Origin: Bacteriovoracaceae bacterium
Lineage (GTDB): Bacteria > Bdellovibrionota > Bacteriovoracia > Bacteriovoracales > Bacteriovoracaceae
Direction: 5' to 3'
Assembly: GCA_048270185.1 (NCBI GenBank)
Contig: JBLWTJ010000001.1
Coordinates: 1,711,754 to 1,775,753, forward strand
DNA length: 64,000 nucleotides
Positions 17,127 to 27,324 of this stretch are shown piece by piece (position 1 is the first letter of the stretch; the number at the start of each line of letters is the position of its first letter). Below the pieces are notes generated by a model. The model had not been told where the DNA came from, made no database searches, and was given only the letters and a program-made list of their open reading frames with translations. Position numbers and translations under genes: made by a program.

Positions 17127-18346
17127 TAGTTACCTCCTACTAGGTCAACAACTAATGGAGCAAAGATCATAAGAAGAACTGAAGGAACAACAAAGGCCAT
17201 CATTGGAAATAGTATTTTCGTCGCAGCTGTCGCACCATCTTTTTCAATCTGTGATGATCTCTTTTGTCTAATCTCAACTGACAATGCTTTTAGAATTGGT
17301 CCAATTGAAGCACCAACCGAATCCGCGGCAATTAGAGTCGCACAAAAAGAAGATATTTGAATGAGATCCACACGCCAGGCCATATTTCTTAAGGCTTCTG
17401 CACGACTGGCCCCTATTTTAATTTCTTTAAGTAGAATTTCAAACTCTTGTGTTAATGGACCTGGTTTTGCTTTATCAACAACCTTAGTCATGGCAGCGAT
17501 AAAATCTAATCCTGCTTCAACAGATAAGGCAAGCATATCGACACAAAATGGCATTCCACTAATGAGTTCTTTTTGACGTGTTTCAATCTTTCCTTTTATC
17601 CAAATATCAGGATAGATAAAACCAACAACTGCGACTACAGGAATTAGTGATAGTGGCCAATCTGTTTCCATAAACTGACGAAGTGCTAAGAAAACAATTG
17701 GAAAACCAATAATAAGAAATAATTTGAAGGCGTAGAAATCCTCCGTTGTCATATCTTCAGTTAAACCAGCGCTTGCTAGTTTTCTTCTATATTTCTCTTT
17801 AATCTTATTCTTACTCTTCATGGAAGAGACGATTGGAGAAATATACCGTTTAAAAAATGGTCTTGAATATTGAAGAACGATTCCGTGTTGTTTGAAGTCC
17901 TTATCTTTCTTAGTTTCTCGATCATCGAGCTTTTGTGCCGCTTGGAATGACTCATTATCTTGAAACATCATTTGTGTAACAAGATAGACGGCAATACCAA
18001 TAAGAATAACACCGGCCCACATAACTAGTTGTGAACTTTCAAAAAGAGTTGCACCCTTTAAAAAGTCACATGCATTTCTTTCACCATTTTTACAAGCTTG
18101 TGCAATTAACTTTGCTCCTTCTTTAGGATAGTTAACTCCATCTTGTTTAAAATTCTTCGATGTAAAAGTTTGGTAAAGAAGACCTAACTCAAAACAACTT
18201 GATTCTTCACCTTTCTTACAAGACTCATCAAGAAGTTGTGCGTGATCGCGTTGCGAATAGTTTGCGTAGGATTGCCCATGAGCATCTGGTGTTACCCAGA
18301 AGATAAGCATCGATAAAAATAGAGAAGTTATAAGACTCTTAGTCAT
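17126..18346 (-). CDS. tadC: TadC-like (T2SS F family) pilus platform protein with N-terminal Sel1-like repeats
   Basis: PFCVDMLALSVEAGLDF, GASRAEAL, KILFPM; N-terminal signal-like segment and SCKKG...C / ACKNG...AC. Confidence 0.85.
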   Translation of the reverse strand: MTKSLITSLFLSMLIFWVTPDAHGQSYANYSQRDHAQLLDESCKKGEESSCFELGLLYQTFTSKNFKQDGVNYPKEGAKLIAQACKNGERNACDFLKGATLFESSQLVMWAGVILIGIAVYLVTQMMFQDNESFQAAQKLDDRETKKDKDFKQHGIVLQYSRPFFKRYISPIVSSMKSKNKIKEKYRRKLASAGLTEDMTTEDFYAFKLFLIIGFPIVFLALRQFMETDWPLSLIPVVAVVGFIYPDIWIKGKIETRQKELISGMPFCVDMLALSVEAGLDFIAAMTKVVDKAKPGPLTQEFEILLKEIKIGASRAEALRNMAWRVDLIQISSFCATLIAADSVGASIGPILKALSVEIRQKRSSQIEKDGATAATKILFPMMAFVVPSVLLMIFAPLVVDLVGGN

Positions 18347-18407
18347 AACATAAGAATATCAAAAATAATTGATTTCAAGCAGTTAGAGGAAATATTGGCC
18401 CTTTGAG

Positions 18408-19475
18408 TTAAACCTGAGTAACTTGCTCGACAACTTCGCGATTCTCTTGTGTTCCAACACGCCCTGAAACATCAGGAATATAGATTGGTGAATAATTTGA
18501 TAAGTACTTCTTCTTTAGATCAAGAATTCGTTCATGCTTGTCATTTATCATTGTCACTGAGATTTCATTCTTGGCAACGGCCTCTTTAACAAAGAGATAG
18601 GCTTCACGACAGGCTTCAAATGAACGGTACTCTACAAGGTCTGCGCCCGCCAGAAGAGCCTTCAGGGCCGCTTGCCCAAGACTTAGGTCTTCAGAGATGG
18701 CCTTCATCTCCATATCATCAGTAATGATAACCTTCTTAAACTTAAGATCAGATCTGATAAGGTCATATGCTGCTTTAGAGAAAGTACAAATATTTTCTGG
18801 ATCAATTGCATCAACTTTAAGGTGGGCCATCATGACCATGTCGACACGAGACTTAACCGCTTTAATGAACGGTTGAAACTCTAGAGCTCTTAATTCCTCA
18901 AGCGATTTATTAATAACTGGTAATTTAAAATGTGAATCTTCTAAAGTATCACCATGGCCTGGAAAATGTTTGGCACAAGACATAATACCCGATGTTTGTT
19001 GTCCTCGAATAATGGCCGATACATATTTATTAACTTCATTTACATCACTTCCAAACGAACGATCACCAATGACCGTATTCTTAGGGTTTGTGAAGATATC
19101 GCAAACGGGACCAAGATTGAGGTTTACCCCACAACTTAGAAGCTCGTTAGACATTAACTGAGAAATTTCAAAGCATAGTTTTGGAGATTGAGTCTTGGCC
19201 ACTTCAAGCATTGGAGGAACGAGTGTAAAACCATCTTTAAATCGCTGAACTCTTCCACCTTCATGGTCTGTTGCAATAAATAATGGAAAGTTATCACGTA
19301 GTGACTGGATATTATTAACAAGCTCAGCAAGTTGAGCAGGTGATTCGTAATTATTTTTAAAAAGAATTACACCACCTATATTCTCCTTCTGGATGAATTG
19401 TTCCTCCTCTAGAGTAAGCTGCTTTCCTGAAATACCTGTTATGAATAATTGTCCGAGGTTATTATACATCGTCAT
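18408..19475 (-). CDS. nagZ: Beta-N-acetylhexosaminidase (GH3)
   Basis: DHEGGRVQR, KHFPGHGD..DSH, ITDDMEM. Confidence 0.92.
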   Translation of the reverse strand: MTMYNNLGQLFITGISGKQLTLEEEQFIQKENIGGVILFKNNYESPAQLAELVNNIQSLRDNFPLFIATDHEGGRVQRFKDGFTLVPPMLEVAKTQSPKLCFEISQLMSNELLSCGVNLNLGPVCDIFTNPKNTVIGDRSFGSDVNEVNKYVSAIIRGQQTSGIMSCAKHFPGHGDTLEDSHFKLPVINKSLEELRALEFQPFIKAVKSRVDMVMMAHLKVDAIDPENICTFSKAAYDLIRSDLKFKKVIITDDMEMKAISEDLSLGQAALKALLAGADLVEYRSFEACREAYLFVKEAVAKNEISVTMINDKHERILDLKKKYLSNYSPIYIPDVSGRVGTQENREVVEQVTQV

Positions 19476-19485
19476 CCTTTTAATT

Positions 19486-20298
19486 TTAGCTTTTTAATTT
19501 TGGATCTAAGTAATCTCTTAATCCATCACTAAATAAATTCAGTGAAATTATTAGTCCCGTCATCAGTAAACTTGTTACAAGGACTACATGAGGAGCCTCT
19601 AATAGAACAAGTTTTGCCATCGCAAGGATTGCTCCCCAAGAATATTCACTTGCCCCAAGACCAAGGAATCCTAAACTTGCCTCACTAATTATAACTCCAC
19701 TTATTCCAAGTACAAAATGAATAGATATTACTGGAATTATACTCGGAAGAATCGACTTATAAAATAAGCGAAATTCACCTACTCCAATTGCACGAGCACT
19801 TTCGACATATCCTAGGTTTAAGACTCTCATCGTCTCTCCACGAGCTATTCGAGCATAACCAGGCCAAGAAGTGAAAATAAGACATAGAACTAATCCAGTA
19901 AACGATTGACCTGAAAAAGACATCACTAGGATTGCAAGTAAGATACTAGGGAAAATAAAAATTAAGTTTGTTAACATGTCCATTACTTCAGAAATAAACT
20001 TTATTTTAATTGCTGAAAGGTAGCCAATTGTGATTCCAATCATACAAGCACTGAAACTTATAAGTAGTGAAATACCCGTCGTATAAACAAGCCCAACACT
20101 TAGAACTTCAAAAAGACTTCGACCATTGATATCAGTTCCAAAGATATACTGACTCGTTGATGGTGATAGTAATTCATTGGCAATAATACTAGACGGAATA
20201 TAGCTACTTCCCTTCATCAATAACCAAGTAAAGGCCCAAATAATGTAACAAGATAGAAGTAGCCCACCAAAGATCATTTCTTTATTAAACTTCTTCAT
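19486..20298 (-). CDS. Peptide ABC transporter permease (DppC/OppC family)
   Basis: FGTDINGRS, YVESARAIG EAA loop, SEASLGFLGLG, DGLRDYLDP. Confidence 0.92.
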   Translation of the reverse strand: MKKFNKEMIFGGLLLSCYIIWAFTWLLMKGSSYIPSSIIANELLSPSTSQYIFGTDINGRSLFEVLSVGLVYTTGISLLISFSACMIGITIGYLSAIKIKFISEVMDMLTNLIFIFPSILLAILVMSFSGQSFTGLVLCLIFTSWPGYARIARGETMRVLNLGYVESARAIGVGEFRLFYKSILPSIIPVISIHFVLGISGVIISEASLGFLGLGASEYSWGAILAMAKLVLLEAPHVVLVTSLLMTGLIISLNLFSDGLRDYLDPKLKS

Positions 20299-21194
20299 TA
20301 GCCAATCCTCGGATCTAGTTTCTCATTTAGATAGTCTACAATCACATAGACAAGCATATAGATAACAGTTGAATAAGCGATAATTCCTTGAACGAGTGGG
20401 TAGTCTCTATTATTGATGGCCTCAAATAGTAATGAACCAAGGCCTGGAATATCGAATATTGTTTCGGTAATAACTGTTCCAGCGAGAACAACTGATAATT
20501 GAATTGCCACGACATTTAAAATTGTTGGCATACAAATCTTAACTAATCTTGTTATGACGGCCATATTTGAAAGACCTTTAGCATTTAGAACAAGAACCCA
20601 AAGTTGAGATTCTTCTTCTAAGTATTTATTTCTCATAACTCTAACAATGACAGAAGACAGTGGAAGTACTAGCGTCACAACAGGAATAATCATGTGTTTT
20701 ACAGATAGCCATTGTGAGACAGGAAATATTCCAAGCCAAATTGAAAAAACTAAAACAAGCATTGGAGCAAGAGAGAAAATTGGAAATGATAAGAGAGTAA
20801 GAGATACTAAACGTATTGTAGTATCAGGTATACGTGATTTAAAAACGGCCGAGACGACACCAATAAGAACACCTAGTGGAGCGGCCAATATAATCGAAAC
20901 CAGTGCCAGCACAACAGTTGGAGATAAGTGTTCTTGAATAAGTTTAACAACTTCCTTCTTTTTAAAAAATGATTTCCCTAGGTCAAATGAAATTATCCCC
21001 TGTGCAAAGTCAATGTATTGGGCAACAAGACTCTTATCAAGTCCTAGCTCAGCTCGATACTTTTGAATTTCTTCAACTTGAGCTTCCGGACCAAGTAGCC
21101 TTTCAACAGGATCCCCCGGAGTTAATCTCAAGGCGAAGAAAATCGTTGTGATAGCAAAGAATAATGTCATTAAAGACTTGAGAATCAACTTCAT
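20298..21194 (-). CDS. Peptide ABC transporter permease (DppB/OppB family)
   Basis: PGDPV, LGLDKSL, ETIFDIPGLG, RDYPLVQG, LDPRI; ATG 21194 overlaps the upstream TAA. Confidence 0.92.
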   Translation of the reverse strand: MKLILKSLMTLFFAITTIFFALRLTPGDPVERLLGPEAQVEEIQKYRAELGLDKSLVAQYIDFAQGIISFDLGKSFFKKKEVVKLIQEHLSPTVVLALVSIILAAPLGVLIGVVSAVFKSRIPDTTIRLVSLTLLSFPIFSLAPMLVLVFSIWLGIFPVSQWLSVKHMIIPVVTLVLPLSSVIVRVMRNKYLEEESQLWVLVLNAKGLSNMAVITRLVKICMPTILNVVAIQLSVVLAGTVITETIFDIPGLGSLLFEAINNRDYPLVQGIIAYSTVIYMLVYVIVDYLNEKLDPRIG

Positions 21195-21952
21195 TAAATG
21201 CGCTCTTTTGATAGACCTTGAGCTGTCCAATAATGCCCAATGATATCTAACTTTTTATTTAGGATATAGACGATTGACTGTCCTCCAACACTTAGGAGGA
21301 ATCGATAATTTCCTTTCTTGTCGAGTTGGTCATAACTTAAAACAGCTTGTGAAAGAATTTCTTTGGGCATATTTAAGTATTGTTCTTGAAAGTATGGGTA
21401 ACTCTCCCAAAGAACATGAAAATTCATATCACCATTCTTACGTTCAATCGCTTTTGAAATAAAGCCTGAAACAATTCCACATTCAATAATTGTGGCATAG
21501 AAGCAAATGGCCTTAACATTGTCTTGAATTTGATAAGATTTTTGCCCTAACCATTTATACTCTGGAGAATTGAGATTATAGACAATCTCCTTCTTCTTTA
21601 AGTCAAGCTCTCCAGTCACTGTATAGATATCATTATTCAAATAGTAAGTTGCTTCATATTTATAAGGAACGAGAAAAGTAACTTGTGAATTAATTGCCTT
21701 TCTTTTTGAAATGACAATATTCTTTTCAAATACTTTGCTACGATTTTGAGATGAAACAATTTTTTGTTTCTTAATGAATTCTTTGTTTTTGCCAAAACCT
21801 GAAATGCTCTCAGTTATGTACTCACCACTAACTTCGAGTTGTTTATAAGTAACTTCCCTTGCTTCAAGAGAAGTGGAATGATTAACTCGATTTAGAGAAC
21901 ATGAACTTAGAATGAAAATAAATAAAATTATAAAACCGAGAGGTCGTACCAT
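21194..21952 (-). CDS. Hypothetical lipoprotein
   Basis: Signal peptide ending in an LSSC lipobox. Confidence 0.7.
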   Translation of the reverse strand: MVRPLGFIILFIFILSSCSLNRVNHSTSLEAREVTYKQLEVSGEYITESISGFGKNKEFIKKQKIVSSQNRSKVFEKNIVISKRKAINSQVTFLVPYKYEATYYLNNDIYTVTGELDLKKKEIVYNLNSPEYKWLGQKSYQIQDNVKAICFYATIIECGIVSGFISKAIERKNGDMNFHVLWESYPYFQEQYLNMPKEILSQAVLSYDQLDKKGNYRFLLSVGGQSIVYILNKKLDIIGHYWTAQGLSKERI

Positions 21953-21956
21953 TGAT

Positions 21957-22745
21957 TTACTCCTCTAGTTGCTGATTTATATACTTATTAAATTCCTCAT
22001 CAAGTGAAGTTAAAATAATTGATTTGTCATCAAGCTCACTTAAGTAATCTTTTAAACCATCAACATTTTTAAATGAAATCCCAATTTTCTTCATTGGGAT
22101 ATTATCAAGTCTGAAATTAACGTAATCGATATCATATACTTTTTCGATTTCCGAAATTTCATAAGAATTTTTCTCAAGAACAATTGTACCCATCGAAAAA
22201 CGATTATTCATAAAGCTTTTATAATCTTGTAATGGCATAACAAAAGAAGCTCCATTACTCGATATATCAACAAGCTTTGCTCCCCTTAATTCAGGGAAGT
22301 CATCAATTGAATTTGAAAAATCTTTAATAAAACTCTCTTCTTTATTCTTAGTCTTATTAAAGTGTAAAACATTATCCGGAGCTTCTTCTTCGCTAATTAA
22401 GTCAAAGTAAAGATAAGAAGAACTCATATATGAAACATTAAATCTCATATCACCTCTTCGCTCACTTCGATAAACTTTACCAATGAGCTTAAGGCTTTCT
22501 GCCTCAATCTCACCCTTAAAGAAGTAACTCATGTGACGAAGATTGAAGTTGGCCATTACCTGACCTTCAAGGCCATGGTCTGCATCAATATGTAGTGTAT
22601 TACCATCAACACCTGTAATTTTAACAGATGCAACATGCTGAGAATTTGACCAAACTTTTAGATTACTTTTGGTGGCCATGAGCTCTCTAATTTTTAAATT
22701 AATATCAGAGAGCTCAAGTTCAATAAATAAATTTTGCGAATTCAA
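21957..22745 (-). CDS. PilZ-domain (c-di-GMP-binding) protein, YcgR-like layout
   Basis: RxxxR (ERRGDMR) and DxSxxG (DISSNG) motifs. Confidence 0.7.
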   Translation of the reverse strand: MNSQNLFIELELSDINLKIRELMATKSNLKVWSNSQHVASVKITGVDGNTLHIDADHGLEGQVMANFNLRHMSYFFKGEIEAESLKLIGKVYRSERRGDMRFNVSYMSSSYLYFDLISEEEAPDNVLHFNKTKNKEESFIKDFSNSIDDFPELRGAKLVDISSNGASFVMPLQDYKSFMNNRFSMGTIVLEKNSYEISEIEKVYDIDYVNFRLDNIPMKKIGISFKNVDGLKDYLSELDDKSIILTSLDEEFNKYINQQLEE

Positions 22746-22752
22746 ATCTTAC

Positions 22753-23796
<1,044 letters not shown>

Positions 23797-23813
23797 TTAT
23801 TCCTTTATTAATT

Positions 23814-24872
23814 TTACCAGTGATAGTGTCTAATATTCTCACCACGTTCAGCAATATCGGCCATTGCCTCAATACCTAGTTCAATGTGAATATCTGTGTA
23901 CTTCTTAAAGACTGACTTAGCAGACTTTTTAGTCTTAATCCCATCCTTTGTCATAGGACAGTCAGAGATTAATAGCAGAGCACCAATATTTACCTTACTA
24001 ACAAAACAAGACACAAATAAAGCCGCTGTTTCCATTTCAACTGCAAGAACTCTTTGTTCAATTAATCGCTCTTTGAAACGATCATCAAATTCCCAGAATC
24101 GATAGTCAGTTGAATGTATTGTTCCGGTCCTATAATCATGTCCATGTTCTAATAGTATTTGAGAAACGAATTTTTGTACTTTAAATGTTGGAAGGGCAGG
24201 AACTTCCCTAGGAAGAAAGTGCTCAGTAACACCTTCTGCTCTAATTGAAGCAATCGGTAGAACGAAGTCACCAACCTTTAAAGAAGGATGAACAGATCCT
24301 GCAAGCCCTAAAAATAGAACCGCTTTTGGGCGGACAACAGAAATAAGTTCACCAATAAGAGCGGCCATCGCTGCCCCTACACCAAACTCTATAATTGTTA
24401 CTTTTGCCTTCTTCGAACTCGAAGCCTTAAATGCTGAACCTTGTGTATAAATATGGTCGTCTAATAGAGCATTAAACCTTTCAACATAGTAGTGAAAATT
24501 AGTTAGAATAATTTGTTCCTGAAAATCACCGAAGTCATGACCAGTGTAGCGCTCAAGCATATCAATAGCGATCTTGCGCTTATCTTCATTCCAGTGGATA
24601 CGACGAGCACGAAGTGCAGCTTTCTTCATTTCAAGATTTGCAGAGAGCTCTTTCTTTGTTTTAGCTTTGTCGTCAAATAGCAACTCATCAACAAAGGCCG
24701 TCGATAGACTAGGTCCTTTTTGACGAGAACTTGTCTTCTTAGGAGTTACTTTCTTCTTAGAAACTTTTGTATTTTTGGCCGTTACCTTTTTCTTAGTAAC
24801 TTTTTTTGTATTTTTAGATATTTTTTTCGTAGCTTTCTTCTTTGAAGCTACCTTCTTCTTTGCAGCGCACAT
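23814..24872 (-). CDS. amn: AMP nucleosidase (short type) with Lys-rich N-terminal extension
   Basis: MLERYTG, ILTNF, IRAEGVT..FLPREVPALP, RFWEFD, AVEMETA, LLISDCP; likely start ATG 24872. Confidence 0.85.
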   Translation of the reverse strand: MCAAKKKVASKKKATKKISKNTKKVTKKKVTAKNTKVSKKKVTPKKTSSRQKGPSLSTAFVDELLFDDKAKTKKELSANLEMKKAALRARRIHWNEDKRKIAIDMLERYTGHDFGDFQEQIILTNFHYYVERFNALLDDHIYTQGSAFKASSSKKAKVTIIEFGVGAAMAALIGELISVVRPKAVLFLGLAGSVHPSLKVGDFVLPIASIRAEGVTEHFLPREVPALPTFKVQKFVSQILLEHGHDYRTGTIHSTDYRFWEFDDRFKERLIEQRVLAVEMETAALFVSCFVSKVNIGALLLISDCPMTKDGIKTKKSAKSVFKKYTDIHIELGIEAMADIAERGENIRHYHW

Positions 24873-25008
24873 TCCATTATACCCTTTCAACAGCATTTCA
24901 TTTGCTCTTATTATGTAAAATGTACCATTTAGAGCGTTTTATTGACAAGTAATAAGAATTATTGGGCGATGCGCATCTCGATAAATATTAGCAATTCACA
25001 CTTGGCCC

Positions 25009-25037
25009 TTGTCAAAATCCATATTTTTGACTAGTAT
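25009..25037 (+). promoter_or_regulatory. Sigma70-like promoter with an internal inverted repeat
   Basis: TTGTCA-N17-TAGTAT; GTCAAAA-N7-TTTTGAC spans the -35 and spacer. Confidence 0.45.
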
Positions 25038-25075
25038 ATCCAAACTATTTCTAACACTACGCAAAAGGATAAGTT

Positions 25076-25180
25076 ATGGGTGCAGGTAGAAAGAAAACTA
25101 TTGCAAAGATGAGTAAGAAAAAAGCTCAACTTAAGAAAAAAGCAAGAATTTTACGCAGAATTAACGCTGCTAAGAAGTAA
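25076..25180 (+). CDS. Unannotated 34-aa basic peptide, bS22/mS38 (AURKAIP1/COX24)-like
   Basis: MGAGRKKTIAKMSKKKAQLKKKARILRRINAAKK; AAGGA SD; MG...KK....MSKKK register. Confidence 0.7.
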   Translation: MGAGRKKTIAKMSKKKAQLKKKARILRRINAAKK

Positions 25181-25199
25181 TATAACTGGCGCATAGGCG

Positions 25200-27194
25200 T
25201 CAGTTACTTACTTCTTCCACTTCAATCGATTTTTCAGTCGTCAATTTCACTTTATTTAAACGACCTCGATAGAGGCTCATTAGATTCATGTCTTTCATCC
25301 AGACATCATCTTCTAATCTCCAAGATCCTGTGATCCCAGCAACTTTTTGTGAGTTCATGATTGTTGATTCTAATTCATCACGACTATTAAAATTTCCTAA
25401 AGATAAAATATTCGCCGCTAAGGCCATACTCTCAAAACCTAAGATTTCAACTACACCTGGTCTTTGACCGTAGCGCTCCTGATAGCTTGAGACAAAGTTC
25501 GAGTCTCCTTGTGGAACTTCTGAATCCACAAAGTAGAGCTTTCCTAGTTTTGATGTTTCTTTTGAGATACGACGTGAACGCCAATTTGGCCCACCAACAA
25601 GAGTTACATTAAAGGCATCATAGTAATTGAATGATGGTATCAACTGAAGAGCATCATTCGGAGCTGCAGGTAATAGAACCCAATCAAAATCAACGATTGG
25701 ACCTAAAGTTTGAACACGTCTAATTGATGTATTTCCCTCAAGCTTATGAACCTCTTTTAATAGTTCATACTCTTCTTGTCTTTCACGAGTAAAGTATAGA
25801 CCTAGAACCTTAGCTACAGTAGATCTGTGATCCGTTTGATTGTGATCAAAAGACTGAATACTAACAATTTCAGCACCTGATTTTTGTGCCATCTTCCAAG
25901 CAGAATCAACGTACGAATTTCCAGTATCAGTGTTTGGATAAATAATTGATACTTTATTTCCAAATTTAGAAAGGTACTTATTAGAGAAAAGAAGTGCTAC
26001 TTGTGATTCAACTGAACCAGGTACTTCTATTAGTAAATGATTCTTTTCATCCTTACTCGTATAAATCTGGCTTAAAGAAATAAAGAATGCTCCATATTTT
26101 CTGGCCGCTTCATACTCTGCACTTGCTTCTTCTTTTAAAAGTCCACCGATTATAATTGAAGAATTTTCTCGTTCAATCATCTCTCGAACTTTCTCTTTTC
26201 CGACAATTGCACTACCCATGCTATCAAAGATTTTAATTTGTATTGGTTGAAAATTAGGTTGGCCGTTATTTTTCTCATTATACTTTCTAACGGCGTGATC
26301 AATTCCAGATAGCGCGCGTTTACCAAATTTACTCTTGTCTCCAGTCAGTGGAAGAACAACTCCGATAGAGCGCATATTAATCTTGCTATATTTCTTCAAA
26401 TTCTCAAAACGAGTACTTATAAGAGCAATCACTTCTGGATACATACTGTAATTAGACTTTACCCAGTCCCCTACTTCTTGGGCCTTAGCTTTATTTCCCT
26501 CATTAATTAATTGCTCAACTTCCAAATAAGAAAGGTAAGCACAAACAAAGTCTTTCCCCTCTTTAAAATCTTGAACAAGCTTTACTCTTTCGACTTGATC
26601 GACAATGAAATACTGAGTGATTAATTGGCCATAGAATTTCTTCGCCTTAAGATCATCAACTGTTTCGACTCCTGAATTTAACCAAAGAAGTGAATCGAGA
26701 GCGACTGTTTGAAAGTCTAGCTCTTTTGAAACTCGATATCTCAATTTGTGAAAATTTTCGAGATCTCGATTTTGCAAATAACGAGAGTCTGTACCATCAA
26801 GAGTTTTAAACGTATTTTCTAAATCATTTAACTTATAATAACTACTGGCCAGATTAAGCTTGATTTGAGCATTCAGTTCACCATCTTCGCCTGAACTATT
26901 TAAGGCCATATTAAATTGAAAGATTGCTTGTTCATAGCTTCCTTCAGAATAGCTAATAACACCAATGAGATTATTCTTTGTTGCTATTTCTGCAGGCTTT
27001 AGTTTTGCATCTTGAATTGCATTTAACTGCTTAAGGGCCAATGGCTTATTGCCATCAATAAAGCTTTTCTTTGCCACATCAAATTCTTTTAAAAACTTTT
27101 CAGTATAAAGATGAGAAGTATCACGATTAATCATTTGGATACCACTACAACTCACAAGAAATGCGATGACTAACAAATTAATATACTTATACAT
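25200..27194 (-). CDS. LpoA/LppC-like lipoprotein (TPR + periplasmic binding protein type 1 fold)
   Basis: Lipobox LVSC, TPR region, IGVVLPLTG, IIGGLL. Confidence 0.75.
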   Translation of the reverse strand: MYKYINLLVIAFLVSCSGIQMINRDTSHLYTEKFLKEFDVAKKSFIDGNKPLALKQLNAIQDAKLKPAEIATKNNLIGVISYSEGSYEQAIFQFNMALNSSGEDGELNAQIKLNLASSYYKLNDLENTFKTLDGTDSRYLQNRDLENFHKLRYRVSKELDFQTVALDSLLWLNSGVETVDDLKAKKFYGQLITQYFIVDQVERVKLVQDFKEGKDFVCAYLSYLEVEQLINEGNKAKAQEVGDWVKSNYSMYPEVIALISTRFENLKKYSKINMRSIGVVLPLTGDKSKFGKRALSGIDHAVRKYNEKNNGQPNFQPIQIKIFDSMGSAIVGKEKVREMIERENSSIIIGGLLKEEASAEYEAARKYGAFFISLSQIYTSKDEKNHLLIEVPGSVESQVALLFSNKYLSKFGNKVSIIYPNTDTGNSYVDSAWKMAQKSGAEIVSIQSFDHNQTDHRSTVAKVLGLYFTRERQEEYELLKEVHKLEGNTSIRRVQTLGPIVDFDWVLLPAAPNDALQLIPSFNYYDAFNVTLVGGPNWRSRRISKETSKLGKLYFVDSEVPQGDSNFVSSYQERYGQRPGVVEILGFESMALAANILSLGNFNSRDELESTIMNSQKVAGITGSWRLEDDVWMKDMNLMSLYRGRLNKVKLTTEKSIEVEEVSN

Positions 27195-27279
27195 AAAGAA
27201 CCTTTTTTATTTTATTCAGGATCTATTTTATTGGAAATGGTGATAGATGAAAACAGGAGAAATATAGGGTTTTTGGGTA

Positions 27280-27310
27280 ATTGGGAGACCAAATTACTCA
27301 GTCTCCCAAT
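27280..27310 (-). terminator. Hairpin after dnaJ
   Basis: ATTGGGAGAC-N11-GTCTCCCAAT; weak U tract. Confidence 0.45.
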
Positions 27311-27324
27311 AATATACAAAGAAA

